A stretch of 64,000 nt of DNA from Iamia sp. (lineage in GTDB: Bacteria; Actinomycetota; Acidimicrobiia; Acidimicrobiales; Iamiaceae), in assembly GCA_052038315.1 (NCBI GenBank), contig JBQGCF010000064.1, positions 3,289-67,288 on the forward strand, in the 5' to 3' direction. Of the stretch, positions 27,672 to 37,340 are shown one piece after another. The position numbers and the translations under genes are program-made. The notes below the pieces were generated by a model. That model was given only the letters and a program-made list of their open reading frames with translations, made no database searches and was not told the DNA's origin. Each line of letters starts with the position of its first letter. Positions within the stretch are counted from its first letter, which is position 1.

Positions 27672-28352
27672 ATGCCGCCGGCGCTGGGGGAGGAGTACCG
27701 GCGGGGGCGGGAGCGGCTGTCGGCCCTCCTGGCCGGGGAGCCGCCGGACGCCTGGGACCGACCGGTGCGGGCCTGCCCGGGCTGGACGGTGCGGGGCGTG
27801 GTCGGCCACCTCGTCGGCACGGTCGAGGACGCCCTCGCCGGGCGGATCAGCGGGCCGCCGACCGAGGACCTGACCGCCCTCCAGGTCGCCCGGCACGCCG
27901 AGGCCGTCGGTCCCGACCTGCTCGACCGCTGGGCCGAGCTGGCGCCGCCGTTCGAGGAGGTCGTCACCGCCGGGGCGATCTGGCCGGCGGTGCTCGACGT
28001 GGTGTCGCACGAGCACGACGTCCGCCTCGCCCTCGATCGCCCCGGTGCCCGCACCGATCCCGTCGTCCCGGCCGCAGCGGTCGCCCTCGTCGAGGCCCTC
28101 GCCGCCCCCTGGAACCTGGAGCTCGACCTCATCGTCGGGGGCGGGGACGACGCCGGCGGGACGGTGCGATCGGCGTCGGTGGACGGCCCGACCTACCGGT
28201 TGCGGACGACGGCCTTCGAGGTCCTGCGGCTGCGCCTCGGCCGCCGCTCCGGCGCCGAGGTCCGCGCCCTCGACTGGGACCCGATCCCCCCGCCCGACCT
28301 CACCCCGCTCTTCGTCTTCGGCCCCCGCCCCACCCCCCTCCGCGAGGGCTAG
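27672..28352 (+). CDS. Maleylpyruvate isomerase-family (MDMPI/DinB-like) mycothiol-dependent enzyme
   Basis: CPGWTVRGVVGHL, DVVSHEHDVR. Confidence 0.85.
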   Translation: MPPALGEEYRRGRERLSALLAGEPPDAWDRPVRACPGWTVRGVVGHLVGTVEDALAGRISGPPTEDLTALQVARHAEAVGPDLLDRWAELAPPFEEVVTAGAIWPAVLDVVSHEHDVRLALDRPGARTDPVVPAAAVALVEALAAPWNLELDLIVGGGDDAGGTVRSASVDGPTYRLRTTAFEVLRLRLGRRSGAEVRALDWDPIPPPDLTPLFVFGPRPTPLREG

Positions 28353-28370
28353 GAGCCGACCGCCCCCGCC

Positions 28371-28450
28371 CGGCGCAGCAACGCCCAGCGGAGCAGGCCC
28401 AGCGGAGCAACGCCCGGCGGAACAACGCCCAGCGGAGCAACGCCCGGTGG
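28371..28450. repeat. 15-bp tandem repeat (about 5 copies)
   Basis: C(A/G)GCGGAGCAACGCC units between two convergent genes. Confidence 0.75.
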
Positions 28451-28605
28451 ATCCCGAACCCCCGCGAGCGATGCCGGTGGGCCGGGCGGCAGCCCCGACG
28501 GCACGGGAGACCAGCGCCAGCCCGAGCCGGCGAGCGCAGCGAGCTTCGGCGGGAGGGACTCCGGCGCGACCGCCGATCGCAGGCCTGACGGCCTGCGACC
28601 TGGCT

Positions 28606-30315
28606 TCAGTCGCCGACGAAGCCGAGGGGGAGGGGCGGGAGGTCGGAGGCCGGGGGCAGGGGGTCGAGCCGGAAGATGCGCACGCGGCGGGTGCCGCGGA
28701 ACATGTCGGCCACCTCGACCAGGCCGGGCGGGGCGGGGTCGAGGAACAGGGGCTCGTAGAGGGCGGCGCGGCGGGTCCGGATCGTCCGCTCGTCGGCGAC
28801 GATGTAGTGGACGCCGCGGGCCCGGGCGAAGGTCATCATCGACTCGTAGTCCGACGCCGGCAGGGCCACGACCGGTCGCCGGCCGTAGTACTGGACGTGG
28901 AAGGAGCGGGTCATCACCCGCTCGCCGGGCTCGGTGTTGGCCTGGAGCCAGGCGCCGACCTCGACGTGGTCGGCGCTCTCCCGCCGCTGGGTGCCGGGCA
29001 GCTGGGGCCAGGCCTCGGCGACGAAGTTGACGCCGGTCCAGAGGATCAGCCCGGCGGCCAGGGCGTAGGGCCAGCGGGCCGGCAGCCGCCGGTACCACTG
29101 CACGGCCCCGCCGGCGGCGAAGGCGGCGATGACCGCAGTCGTCATCACGACGTAGCGGGGCTGGGTGAAGAAGAACAGGCACGTGGCCACGGGCAGGGCG
29201 GCGACGACGACCGCGAGCTGGGCCGCGGCCCGGCGCCGGGCGGCGACGACCGCCCAGCCGGCGGCGATCAGCAGCGGCAGGGGGACCTGGGCGACCCCGG
29301 CGGTCGAGCCCGGCACCAGGTAGATCCGGGCCATCTCCAGGACGTTGACCTTGAAGATGCCCAGCCACGCCCGCGGGTGCTGGCGGGCCAGGGTGGTCAG
29401 CGAGGTGGTGTCGTTGGCGAAGTCGGTGCCCGAGTCGTCGATGGCGTAGAGGATCTGGTCCCGCCACTCGCGATCGTCCTCGGCCACGGCGCGCCAGGCC
29501 TCGACCGAGACGTCCTGGCTCTTCGCCGTGGGCGCCCAGGACCCGGTGTGGCCGTGGAGGTAGACGAGGTAGGGCCCGACGAGCAGGGCCAGGCCGAGCC
29601 CGAAGGCGACGGCGGCCGATGGGTCGAGGCCCCGGTCGCGCTTGCGGAAGCCGTCGAGGAGCAGGGCCAGGCCGATGATCAGGGCCGGGAGCAGGGCCTC
29701 GGGTCGGGCCAGGTACGCGCCCCCGGCCAGGGCGCCGGCGCCGACCAGGGCACCCAGGCCCCGGCGTCCGCCCCCGGCGGATCGGGGTGGGCCGAGCACG
29801 ACGACCAGGGCGGCGATCAGCAGGGCGGCGGTGATGGCCTCGGAGCCCGAGCCCCGGCGCACCAGCATCGGGCCCAGCCCGGACAGCGCCGCGCCCAGCC
29901 AGGCGGCGACGACGGTCGTGGTGTCGTCGTCCCACAGCCGGCGGGCCAGGGCGGTGATGGCGGCGCCGAGGAGCAGGGCGCAGATCAGCTCCCACACCCG
30001 CACGGCGATCAGTTCGTCGCCGAAGACCTCGAGCAGCCCGCCGAGGGCCATGGGCACCAGCGGGGGGAAGTGGAGCTCGGGCCCGCCGAAGCGGGTGAAG
30101 CCGTTGCCCTCGATCAGGTTGCGGCCCGACTCGAGGTAGATCAGCGTGTCGACGGCCGGCACCACGTCGCCCAGCACGACCATCCCCTGGAGGACGACGG
30201 CGGCGATGGCGGGCAGCAGGAGACGCCGCCGCAGCGGGCGGGTCGGGCGCGACCCGGCCTCGTCGTCGGTGCTGCCGCCGAGGGGCCGGGGCGAGGTGTC
30301 GGTGGTGGCGGTCAT
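28606..30315 (-). CDS. ArnT/PMT-like (GT-C) membrane glycosyltransferase
   Basis: DTLIY...GRNL..G.G, HFPPL, multiple TM helices, RPEA, QPRY, GAWLQANTEPGERV. Confidence 0.8.
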   Translation of the reverse strand: MTATTDTSPRPLGGSTDDEAGSRPTRPLRRRLLLPAIAAVVLQGMVVLGDVVPAVDTLIYLESGRNLIEGNGFTRFGGPELHFPPLVPMALGGLLEVFGDELIAVRVWELICALLLGAAITALARRLWDDDTTTVVAAWLGAALSGLGPMLVRRGSGSEAITAALLIAALVVVLGPPRSAGGGRRGLGALVGAGALAGGAYLARPEALLPALIIGLALLLDGFRKRDRGLDPSAAVAFGLGLALLVGPYLVYLHGHTGSWAPTAKSQDVSVEAWRAVAEDDREWRDQILYAIDDSGTDFANDTTSLTTLARQHPRAWLGIFKVNVLEMARIYLVPGSTAGVAQVPLPLLIAAGWAVVAARRRAAAQLAVVVAALPVATCLFFFTQPRYVVMTTAVIAAFAAGGAVQWYRRLPARWPYALAAGLILWTGVNFVAEAWPQLPGTQRRESADHVEVGAWLQANTEPGERVMTRSFHVQYYGRRPVVALPASDYESMMTFARARGVHYIVADERTIRTRRAALYEPLFLDPAPPGLVEVADMFRGTRRVRIFRLDPLPPASDLPPLPLGFVGD

Positions 30316-30455
30316 GAGGGCGAGGGGTCGGGGCCGTCGCGCCCTGACCGAGGCAACCTAGGGACGCCGGTCCGAGGAGGCCAGATCGGAGGGCCCATCG
30401 TCCTGGACCGTTCTCACCCCTGAATCCTCCCGTTCACACACGGGGCCCAAGCGTG

Positions 30456-30860
30456 TCAGAGATCGGGTTCGATGACCAAGCGACGCATCCGGCGGAGCTG
30501 GGAGTCGAGGTAGGGGCGGGCGCGGCGCTGGCCGCCCCGTTCGGCGATGGCGGCCTCGAGCCGTTCGAGGGCGCGCAGCACGGCGGCCCCGTCGGGCTCC
30601 CAGCCCCGGCGCCGGCACTCCTCCATCCACTCGGCGGGGGTCGTGTGGCCCCGGGCCCGGTTGCAGCGGGCGCAGGCGACCACCTCGTTCTCGATCCACG
30701 ACGGGCCGCCCTTCACCTTGGGCAGGACGTGCTCGGTGGTGGCCGCCACCAGCCCGGCTCCAACCGTCCGCCCGCACCAGACGCAGCGGTCGCCGTCGCG
30801 CACCAGGATCCGGCGCCGGCGCTCCTGGCGGCCCGGGGCGGCGGTCTCGGCACCGGTCAC
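30456..30860 (-). CDS. HNH endonuclease
   Basis: RDGDRCVWCG, TTEHVLPKVKGG, NEVVACARCNRARG. Confidence 0.85.
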   Translation of the reverse strand: MTGAETAAPGRQERRRRILVRDGDRCVWCGRTVGAGLVAATTEHVLPKVKGGPSWIENEVVACARCNRARGHTTPAEWMEECRRRGWEPDGAAVLRALERLEAAIAERGGQRRARPYLDSQLRRMRRLVIEPDL

Positions 30861-30920
30861 CGCACCAGCCTGCCAGCGGCCGGCCGCGCCCGGGCGCGGC
30901 GCGCCTGCGATCCTCGGGGC

Positions 30921-31811
30921 GTGGCCGCCGGTCGCTTCGCCCCCAGCCCCAGTGGCCCCCTGCACCTGGGCAACCTCCGCACCGCGCTGCTGGCGTGGTG
31001 GGCGGCCCGGGGCGACGGCAGCGCCCTCCTGCTCCGGGTCGAGGACCTCGACCCCTCGTCCCGCCCCGAGCACGAGGCCGGCCAGCTCGCCGACCTGCGG
31101 TCCCTCGGGCTCGACTGGGACGGGCCGGTCGTGCGCCAGTCCGAGCGCCGGGACCGCTACGAGGACGCCCTGGCCCGGCTGGTCGCGGCCGACCTCACCT
31201 ACCCCTGCTTCTGCACCCGGCGGGAGATCCGGGAGGCGACCCGCGCCCCCCACGAGGCGCCCGACGCCTACCCCGGGACCTGCCGGGAGCTGACCGCGGC
31301 CCAGCGCGCCGCTCGCGAGGCGGAGGGGCGGCCGCCGGCGCTGCGCCTGCGGTCGACCGGCGAGGAGGTCGAGGCCCACGACGTCCTCCACAGCCGCGTG
31401 CGGGGCCGGGTCGACGACGTCGTCCTGCGCCGCAACGACGGGCTGCCCGCCTACAACCTGGTCGTGGTGGTCGACGACGACGCCCAGGGCGTCGAGGAGG
31501 TGGTGCGGGGCGACGACCTGCTCCCCTCGACGCCCCGGCAGGTCCACCTGGCCCGGGTCCTCGGGCTGCGGGTGCCGACCTACCTCCACGTGCCCCTCGT
31601 GCTCGGGCCCGACGGCGCCCGGCTGTCCAAGCGGCACGGCTCGGTCACCCTGGCCGATGCCGTCGCCGCCGGGGTGCCGCCGGCTGTGGTCCGGGCCCGC
31701 CTGGCCGCTTCGGTCGGGCTCGACGACCCGGGCGACGACCCGCCCCCGCTCGACCGGCGCGCCCTCCCCACCGCCCCCACCACCTGGGACGGTTCCTGGG
31801 TCACCCCCTGA
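30921..31811 (+). CDS. gluQ: Glutamyl-Q tRNA(Asp) synthetase
   Basis: GRFAPSPSGPLHLGN, RVEDLD, YPCFCTRREI, VVRGDDL, RLSKR; no anticodon-binding domain. Confidence 0.92.
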   Translation: MAAGRFAPSPSGPLHLGNLRTALLAWWAARGDGSALLLRVEDLDPSSRPEHEAGQLADLRSLGLDWDGPVVRQSERRDRYEDALARLVAADLTYPCFCTRREIREATRAPHEAPDAYPGTCRELTAAQRAAREAEGRPPALRLRSTGEEVEAHDVLHSRVRGRVDDVVLRRNDGLPAYNLVVVVDDDAQGVEEVVRGDDLLPSTPRQVHLARVLGLRVPTYLHVPLVLGPDGARLSKRHGSVTLADAVAAGVPPAVVRARLAASVGLDDPGDDPPPLDRRALPTAPTTWDGSWVTP

Positions 31812-31856
31812 TCCCCACGCGGGGCGGGGGCCGGGCGGCGTCGGTAGCCTCGCGGG

Positions 31857-32705
31857 GTGGTCGGCCGTCGTCGCTTGGTGGTGCTGGCCGCCGTGACCGG
31901 GCTGGTCGTGGCGGCGGCGGTGTGGGCGACGAGCAGCGACGGCGGGACCGTCGCCACCACGGTGGCCGCCACCAAGGGGGCGCCGCAGCCCCAGGTCGCC
32001 GGCGACTGGGCCACGACCACCTCGACGACGACCACGACGATGGCCGCCACCCCGGCCGAGGACGGCCTGGCCATCGCCCCGCCGCTGCCCCGGCCGTGGC
32101 CGAAGGACTTCCTCGTCGCCGATGCCACCGGTCCCGGCGTGGCCCTCTACGCCGAGCCGGGCGTGCCCGTGCCCAGCGGGCGGGTGATGGAGAACCCGAC
32201 GTGGGAGGGGCTGCACCTCACCTTCCTGGTCCGGGAGCGCACCCTCGACTGGCTGCGGGTCCAGATCATGTCCCGGCCCAACTCGGCCCTGGCCTGGATC
32301 AAGCGCTCGGATGTGACCCTGCGCCGGGTCCAGCACCACATCCAGATCGAGCGGGAGGCCAAGCGGCTGACGGTGCTGGCGGGCGAGGAGATCGTCTTCC
32401 AGACCTCGGTGGCCACCGGCAAGGCGTCGTCGCCCACGCCGCTCGGCACCTTCTTCGTCGACGGCGTGGTCCACCTCGACCCGCCGCACAAGTCCTACGG
32501 CGTGGGGCAGCTCAGCTTCACCGGCTTCTCCGAGGTCTACGAGAGCTTCGGCGGCGGGGTCGGCCAGGTCGCCATGCACGGCACCCAGAACCCGGCCCTG
32601 ATCGGCACCCCGGCCAGCAACGGCTGCGTGCGCATGCGCAACGAGGACATCACCCGGGCCATGGAGCTGGCCCCCACCGGCACCCCGGTCGAGGTCATCC
32701 CCTAG
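31857..32705 (+). CDS. L,D-transpeptidase (YkuD family)
   Basis: N-terminal TM helix; TPLGTF, AMHGT...SNGCVRM. Confidence 0.9.
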   Translation: MVGRRRLVVLAAVTGLVVAAAVWATSSDGGTVATTVAATKGAPQPQVAGDWATTTSTTTTTMAATPAEDGLAIAPPLPRPWPKDFLVADATGPGVALYAEPGVPVPSGRVMENPTWEGLHLTFLVRERTLDWLRVQIMSRPNSALAWIKRSDVTLRRVQHHIQIEREAKRLTVLAGEEIVFQTSVATGKASSPTPLGTFFVDGVVHLDPPHKSYGVGQLSFTGFSEVYESFGGGVGQVAMHGTQNPALIGTPASNGCVRMRNEDITRAMELAPTGTPVEVIP

Positions 32706-33052
32706 CCCAGCAGGCGGTACTCGGGGTTGAGGAGGACCAGGCGGCCGGCGACGCGGCGGGCCATGCCCACCGCCTCGACCGGGCGGCCGGGGTCGAGCCC
32801 GCCGACCCGCGTGCGGCCGGTGAAGACGACGACCGCCCGGCCGCTGCCGTCGTCGAGGGTGACCTCGAGGGCGGGGGCGCCGGCCCGGGGCACGACCTGG
32901 AGGGCGGCCACCTCGCCCCGGACCCGCACCCGGCCCCGGTCGGGGGCCTCGCCGATCGGCGTGGCGCCGGTGCCGGCGAAGCGGTGCTGGAGGGCCTCGG
33001 TGTGCAGGTCCTCGGGCGTCCGGGCGAGCGAGCGGCGGAGGCGGTCGAGCAT
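32702..33052 (-). CDS. OB-fold nucleic-acid-binding domain protein
   Basis: LEVTLDDGSG..VVVFTGR..VGGLDPG, LLNPEYRL; typical neighbour of the actinobacterial trkA pair. Confidence 0.82.
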   Translation of the reverse strand: MLDRLRRSLARTPEDLHTEALQHRFAGTGATPIGEAPDRGRVRVRGEVAALQVVPRAGAPALEVTLDDGSGRAVVVFTGRTRVGGLDPGRPVEAVGMARRVAGRLVLLNPEYRLLG

Positions 33053-33720
33053 CAGCCGAGCAGGACGCGGACGACCTCGTCCTCGACGTCGTCGGTGGTG
33101 AGCACGACGACCTCGTCGCCGGCGTGGAGGACGGTGTCGCCCCGGGGCACGACGACCCGGTGCTGGCGGGTCACGGCCACGACCGTGCAGGTGCGGGGGA
33201 GGGGGAGGGTGGCCAGGTCCTGGCCGATCGCCGGCGAGCCCTCGGCGAGGGTGGCGGACGACAGCCGGGCCTTGCCCCCCTCGAGCGACAGCAGGCGCAC
33301 GAGGGTGCCCACGGAGACCGCCTCCTCGACCAGGGCGGTCAGCAGGTGCGGGGTCGACACGGCGACGTCGACGCCCCACGTCTCGGTGAACATCCACTCG
33401 TTGCGGGGGTTGTTGACCCGGGCCACGACGCGGGGCACGGCGAACTCCTGCTTGGCCAGCAGCGAGATGACCAGGTTGTCCTCGTCGTCCCCGGTGACGG
33501 CGGCGACGACCTCGGCGTGCTCGACGTCGGCCCGGGCCAGCTCGGTGACCTCGCAGGCGTCGGCCACGACCCACGACACGCCCGGCGTCTCCTCGGCGGC
33601 GACGGCGGCCTCGGCCCGGGACCGGTCGACCTCGACCACCGTGACCTGGTGGCCGGCGGCGGCCAGGTCGGTGGCGATGAAGGTGCCGACGGCACCGCCC
33701 CCGGCGATCACGACCTTCAC
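33052..33720 (-). CDS. trkA: TrkA-family potassium uptake regulatory subunit (RCK)
   Basis: VVIAGGGAVG, VTGDDEDNLVISLLAKQEF, VARVNNPRNEWMF. Confidence 0.9.
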   Translation of the reverse strand: MKVVIAGGGAVGTFIATDLAAAGHQVTVVEVDRSRAEAAVAAEETPGVSWVVADACEVTELARADVEHAEVVAAVTGDDEDNLVISLLAKQEFAVPRVVARVNNPRNEWMFTETWGVDVAVSTPHLLTALVEEAVSVGTLVRLLSLEGGKARLSSATLAEGSPAIGQDLATLPLPRTCTVVAVTRQHRVVVPRGDTVLHAGDEVVVLTTDDVEDEVVRVLLG

Positions 33721-34382
33721 GAGTGGCCTCCCGGTCCGGCGGACAGACGGGCGTCGAGCCGGTCGCCGGCCGCGCCGGCGAGGGCGAGGTGGACGGTGTC
33801 GCCGTCCTGCAGCAGCAGGTCGGCGGTGGGGACCTGGGCCACGCCGAGCCGGGTGAGGGCGACGACCCGGGCCACGCCGTCGAGCTCGAGGTCGGCGACC
33901 GGGTGGCCGGCCCAGCCGGCCGGGACGGTCCGCTCGACCAGCAGGACCTGGGCGCTGGGGTCGATCCACTCGACCGCCGGGCTGTCGGGCAGGACCCGCT
34001 GCAGGACCCGGTCGGTGGTCCACTGCACGGTGGCGATGGTGGGGATGCCGAGGCGCTCGTAGATCGCCGCCCGGCGGGGGTCGTAGATGCGGGCGACGAC
34101 CCGCTCGACGCCGAAGGTCTCCCGCGCCACCCGGGCCACGAGGATGTTGGAGTTGTCGCCGTTGGTCACCGCGGCGAGGGCGCCGGCCTCCTCGATGCCG
34201 GCGGCCCGCAACCGGTCCCGGTCGAAGCCGACGCCGACGACGGTGCGGCCCCCGAAGCCCTCGGGGAGGCGGGTGAAGGCGTCGGCCCGGCGGTCGACCA
34301 CCGCCACGGTGTGGCCGTGCGCCTCGATGGCGGTGGCCAGCCCCGAACCGACCCGTCCGCATCCGACCACGACCACGTGCAC
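33717..34382 (-). CDS. trkA: TrkA-family potassium uptake regulatory subunit (RCK)
   Basis: VVVVGCGRVG, TNGDNSNI, VARIYDPRRA. Confidence 0.9.
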   Translation of the reverse strand: MHVVVVGCGRVGSGLATAIEAHGHTVAVVDRRADAFTRLPEGFGGRTVVGVGFDRDRLRAAGIEEAGALAAVTNGDNSNILVARVARETFGVERVVARIYDPRRAAIYERLGIPTIATVQWTTDRVLQRVLPDSPAVEWIDPSAQVLLVERTVPAGWAGHPVADLELDGVARVVALTRLGVAQVPTADLLLQDGDTVHLALAGAAGDRLDARLSAGPGGHS

Positions 34383-34431
34383 GGCGGGACCATACGCCCG
34401 CCGGCCCCGGGGCCACCGGGGGGCCGGCAGT

Positions 34432-34449
34432 CTTCACGGTTCCTTCACG
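34432..34449 (+). promoter_or_regulatory. Tandem direct repeat, putative OmpR/KdpE-family operator
   Basis: CTTCACG-N4-CTTCACG (11-bp period) between the divergent trkA and APC permease genes. Confidence 0.5.
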
Positions 34450-34512
34450 CCCTGCCCCGGGGTGCCGCCGGGACGGCGCCCGTAGGCTCCCGCCGCCGGC
34501 CCGGAGGTGACC

Positions 34513-36411
34513 ATGGCATCCACGCTCAAGCGGGCCCTCGTCGGGCGGCCGCTGGCGTCCAGCGACGAGGAGCACCAGCGCCTGGGCAAGCCCACGGCGC
34601 TGGCCGTGTTCGCCTCCGACGCCATCTCGTCGACGGCCTACGCCACCCAGGAGATGCTCTTCATCCTGATGGGGGCGGTGATGTTCCCGGCGTCGCACCG
34701 CTACCTCGTGCCCATCGCCATCGCCGCCTGCGTGCTGCTGGCCATCGTCGCCATCAGCTACAGCCAGACGATCCACGCCTACCCCAACGGGGGCGGCGCC
34801 TACATCGTCAGCCGGGAGAACATCAGCCCGGTGGCCGGCCTGGTCGCCGGCGCCTCGCTCCTCGTCGACTACACGCTCACCGTCGCCGTCTCGATCTCGG
34901 CCGGCGTGCTGGCCATCGGCTCGGCCTTCCACTTCAACGACGAGCCGGCCCTGCGGGTCGGGCTCGCCCTCGTCTTCCTCGCCATCCTCACCATCGGGAA
35001 CCTGCGGGGCGTGAAGGAGTCGGGCAAGGTCTTCGCCGTCCCGACCTACTTCTACGTGGTCCTGCTCGGCGTGCTGCTCGTCGTCGGGCTGGGCAAGGTC
35101 TTCCTCGGCGGCGACGACCACCAGATCGACACCGAGCGCAACCGCGAGGTGGTGGCCGAGTTCGCCGAGAGCGACCTGACCCAGACGGCCGGGCTCTTCA
35201 TCATCCTCAAGGCCTTCTCGTCCGGGGCGGTGGTGCTGTCGGGCGTGGAGGCCATCTCCAACGGGGTGCCCGCCTTCCGCAAGCCCGAGAGCCGCCACGC
35301 CAGCCAGACGCTCGGGATGATGGCGGGCATCCTCGCCGTCGGCTTCCTCGGCATCTCGATCCTGGCCCACCACTACAAGCCGGTGGTCGACGAGGACGGC
35401 CAGACGGTGCTGGCCCAGCTGGCCGCGGCCGTCTTCGGCGACGGGTCGATCCTCTTCTACGGGCTGCAGTTCGGGACCTTCGCCATCCTGATCCTGGCCG
35501 CCAACACCGCCTACGCCGACTTCCCCCGTCTCAGCTCGATCATCGCCCGCGACGGCTACCTGCCCCGCCAGCTGGCCACCCGCGGCGACCGGCTCGTCTT
35601 CTCCAACGGGATCCTGATCCTGGCGGCCATGGCCGGTGTGCTGATCACGGTCTTCCGGGCCGAGGTGACCCTGCTGATCCCGCTCTACGCGGTGGGTGTG
35701 TTCACCGGCTTCACGCTGAGCCAGGCCGGGATGGTGCGCCACCACCTGCGGCTGCGCGAGCCGCGCTGGCAGCGGGGCCTGGCCATCAACGTGGTCGGCT
35801 GCATCGCCACCGGGATCGTGCTGGTGGTCGTGGTGTCGTCGAAGTTCACCGACGGGGCGTGGATCCCGGCGGTGGTGATCCCGGCGATCGTCGTCGGCTT
35901 CCGGGCGATCCACCGCCACTACGCCAAGGTCGACCGGGCCCTGGCGGTGCCCGCCGGCTACCGGGCCCGGCGCCGCACCCACACCGTCGTCGTCCTGGTC
36001 GGCCGGGTCACCAAGGGCTCGCTGGAGGCGATCGCCTACGCCCGCTCGCTCAACCCCGATCGGCTCCTGGCCGTCACCGTGGTGGCCGACGCCGAGCAGC
36101 AGGACCGCATCACCCGCGAGTGGGCCGAGCACGAGGTCCCCGTCGAGCTCCGCACCCTGTACTCCCCCTATCGCGAGCTCTCACGGCCCATCATGAGGTT
36201 CGTGGAGGAGTACGACGCCGAGGTGACCGACGACTTCATGACCGTCGTCCTGCCCGAGTTCGTGCTCGACCACTGGTACTCGCAGATCCTGCACAACCAG
36301 AGCGCGCTGGTGCTGCGCACCCGGCTGCGGGCCCGGCCCAACACGGTGGTCACGTCGGTGCCCTTCCACCTCCGCGGCGAGCAGGTCGAGGTCGGCGGCG
36401 CCGAGGGATGA
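34513..36411 (+). CDS. APC-family permease, KimA/YdaO-like potassium transporter
   Basis: FASDAISSTAYATQE, YPNGGGAY, DYTLTVAVS, GVEAISNGV, ANTAYADFPRL, SPYR, LHNQ. Confidence 0.88.
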   Translation: MASTLKRALVGRPLASSDEEHQRLGKPTALAVFASDAISSTAYATQEMLFILMGAVMFPASHRYLVPIAIAACVLLAIVAISYSQTIHAYPNGGGAYIVSRENISPVAGLVAGASLLVDYTLTVAVSISAGVLAIGSAFHFNDEPALRVGLALVFLAILTIGNLRGVKESGKVFAVPTYFYVVLLGVLLVVGLGKVFLGGDDHQIDTERNREVVAEFAESDLTQTAGLFIILKAFSSGAVVLSGVEAISNGVPAFRKPESRHASQTLGMMAGILAVGFLGISILAHHYKPVVDEDGQTVLAQLAAAVFGDGSILFYGLQFGTFAILILAANTAYADFPRLSSIIARDGYLPRQLATRGDRLVFSNGILILAAMAGVLITVFRAEVTLLIPLYAVGVFTGFTLSQAGMVRHHLRLREPRWQRGLAINVVGCIATGIVLVVVVSSKFTDGAWIPAVVIPAIVVGFRAIHRHYAKVDRALAVPAGYRARRRTHTVVVLVGRVTKGSLEAIAYARSLNPDRLLAVTVVADAEQQDRITREWAEHEVPVELRTLYSPYRELSRPIMRFVEEYDAEVTDDFMTVVLPEFVLDHWYSQILHNQSALVLRTRLRARPNTVVTSVPFHLRGEQVEVGGAEG

Positions 36412-37310
36412 CCGACCTCTCCCGGCGGGCCGTCCTGGGCCTGGCCGTGGCCGGTGCGGCGTGGGCCGCGGTGGGCTGCGGTGGCGACGACGGCGAGGAC
36501 GACGACGCGGCCCGGCCCGAGCGCCCGGCCGGTGAGGAGGACGGGGTGGACGTGATCGCCTACGGCGACGAGGCCGACCTCCAGCGGGGCGCCCTGTCGC
36601 TCCCCGAGGGCGAGGGCCCCCACCCGGTGGTGGTGCTGCTCCACGGCGGCTTCTGGCGGGCCGAGTACGACCGGCGGCTGATGGACCCGCTCGCCGAGGC
36701 GGTGGTGGCCGAGGGCTGGGCGGCGTGGAACGTCGACTACCGCCCCGTGGGCGAGGGCGGGGGCTGGCCCACGACCTTCACCGACGTGGCCGCGGCCGTC
36801 GACCACCTCGACGCCCTGGCCGAGGAGCACCCGCTCGACCTGGACCGGGTCGCGGTGGTCGGCCACTCGGCCGGTGGCACCCTCGCCCTCTGGTCGGCGG
36901 CCCGGTCCGGGCTGCCGGGCGACGCCCCCGGCGCCAACCCGATCGTCGTCCCCGCCGCCGTCGTGTCGCAGGCCGGGGTGGCCAACCTGGCCGCCGGCTC
37001 GCTCGAGCGGCTGGGCCGCGGCGCCGTCGACGACCTGATGGGCGGCTCGGCCACCACCGTCGGCTCCCGCTACGGGCTGGCCTCGCCCATCGAGCGGCTG
37101 CCGCTCGGCGTGCCGTCCCTCCTCGTCCACGGCGGCGACGACACCATCGTCCCGCCGGTGCAGTCCGAGACCTTCCGGGACCGGGCCGTCGACGCCGGCG
37201 ACGACGCCACGGCCCGCATCCTCGACGGGGTCGACCACTTCGCGGTCATCGACCCCGCCCACGAGGCGTGGGAGCTCGTCGTCGAGTGGGTTCACGAGCA
37301 GTTCGCCTAG
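36408..37310 (+). CDS. Tat lipoprotein alpha/beta hydrolase (esterase)
   Basis: SRRAVL twin-Arg, AVGC lipobox, HGGFW, GHSAGG, HGGDD, DHF. Confidence 0.88.
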   Translation: MTDLSRRAVLGLAVAGAAWAAVGCGGDDGEDDDAARPERPAGEEDGVDVIAYGDEADLQRGALSLPEGEGPHPVVVLLHGGFWRAEYDRRLMDPLAEAVVAEGWAAWNVDYRPVGEGGGWPTTFTDVAAAVDHLDALAEEHPLDLDRVAVVGHSAGGTLALWSAARSGLPGDAPGANPIVVPAAVVSQAGVANLAAGSLERLGRGAVDDLMGGSATTVGSRYGLASPIERLPLGVPSLLVHGGDDTIVPPVQSETFRDRAVDAGDDATARILDGVDHFAVIDPAHEAWELVVEWVHEQFA

Positions 37311-37340
37311 CCTTCTCCCCGGGGGAGGGAGGACAGGGGA

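Noticed and set aside
28371-28450. Possible CRISPR array
   Set aside because: Contiguous 15-bp units without unique spacers, and no cas genes in the window.
30456-30860. HNH nuclease as a defence system or mobile element
   Set aside because: Small standalone HNH with host-like codon usage and no partner genes or flanking repeats.
34383-34512. c-di-AMP (ydaO) riboswitch before the KimA-like gene
   Set aside because: The spacer is short and lacks recognisable riboswitch consensus segments.
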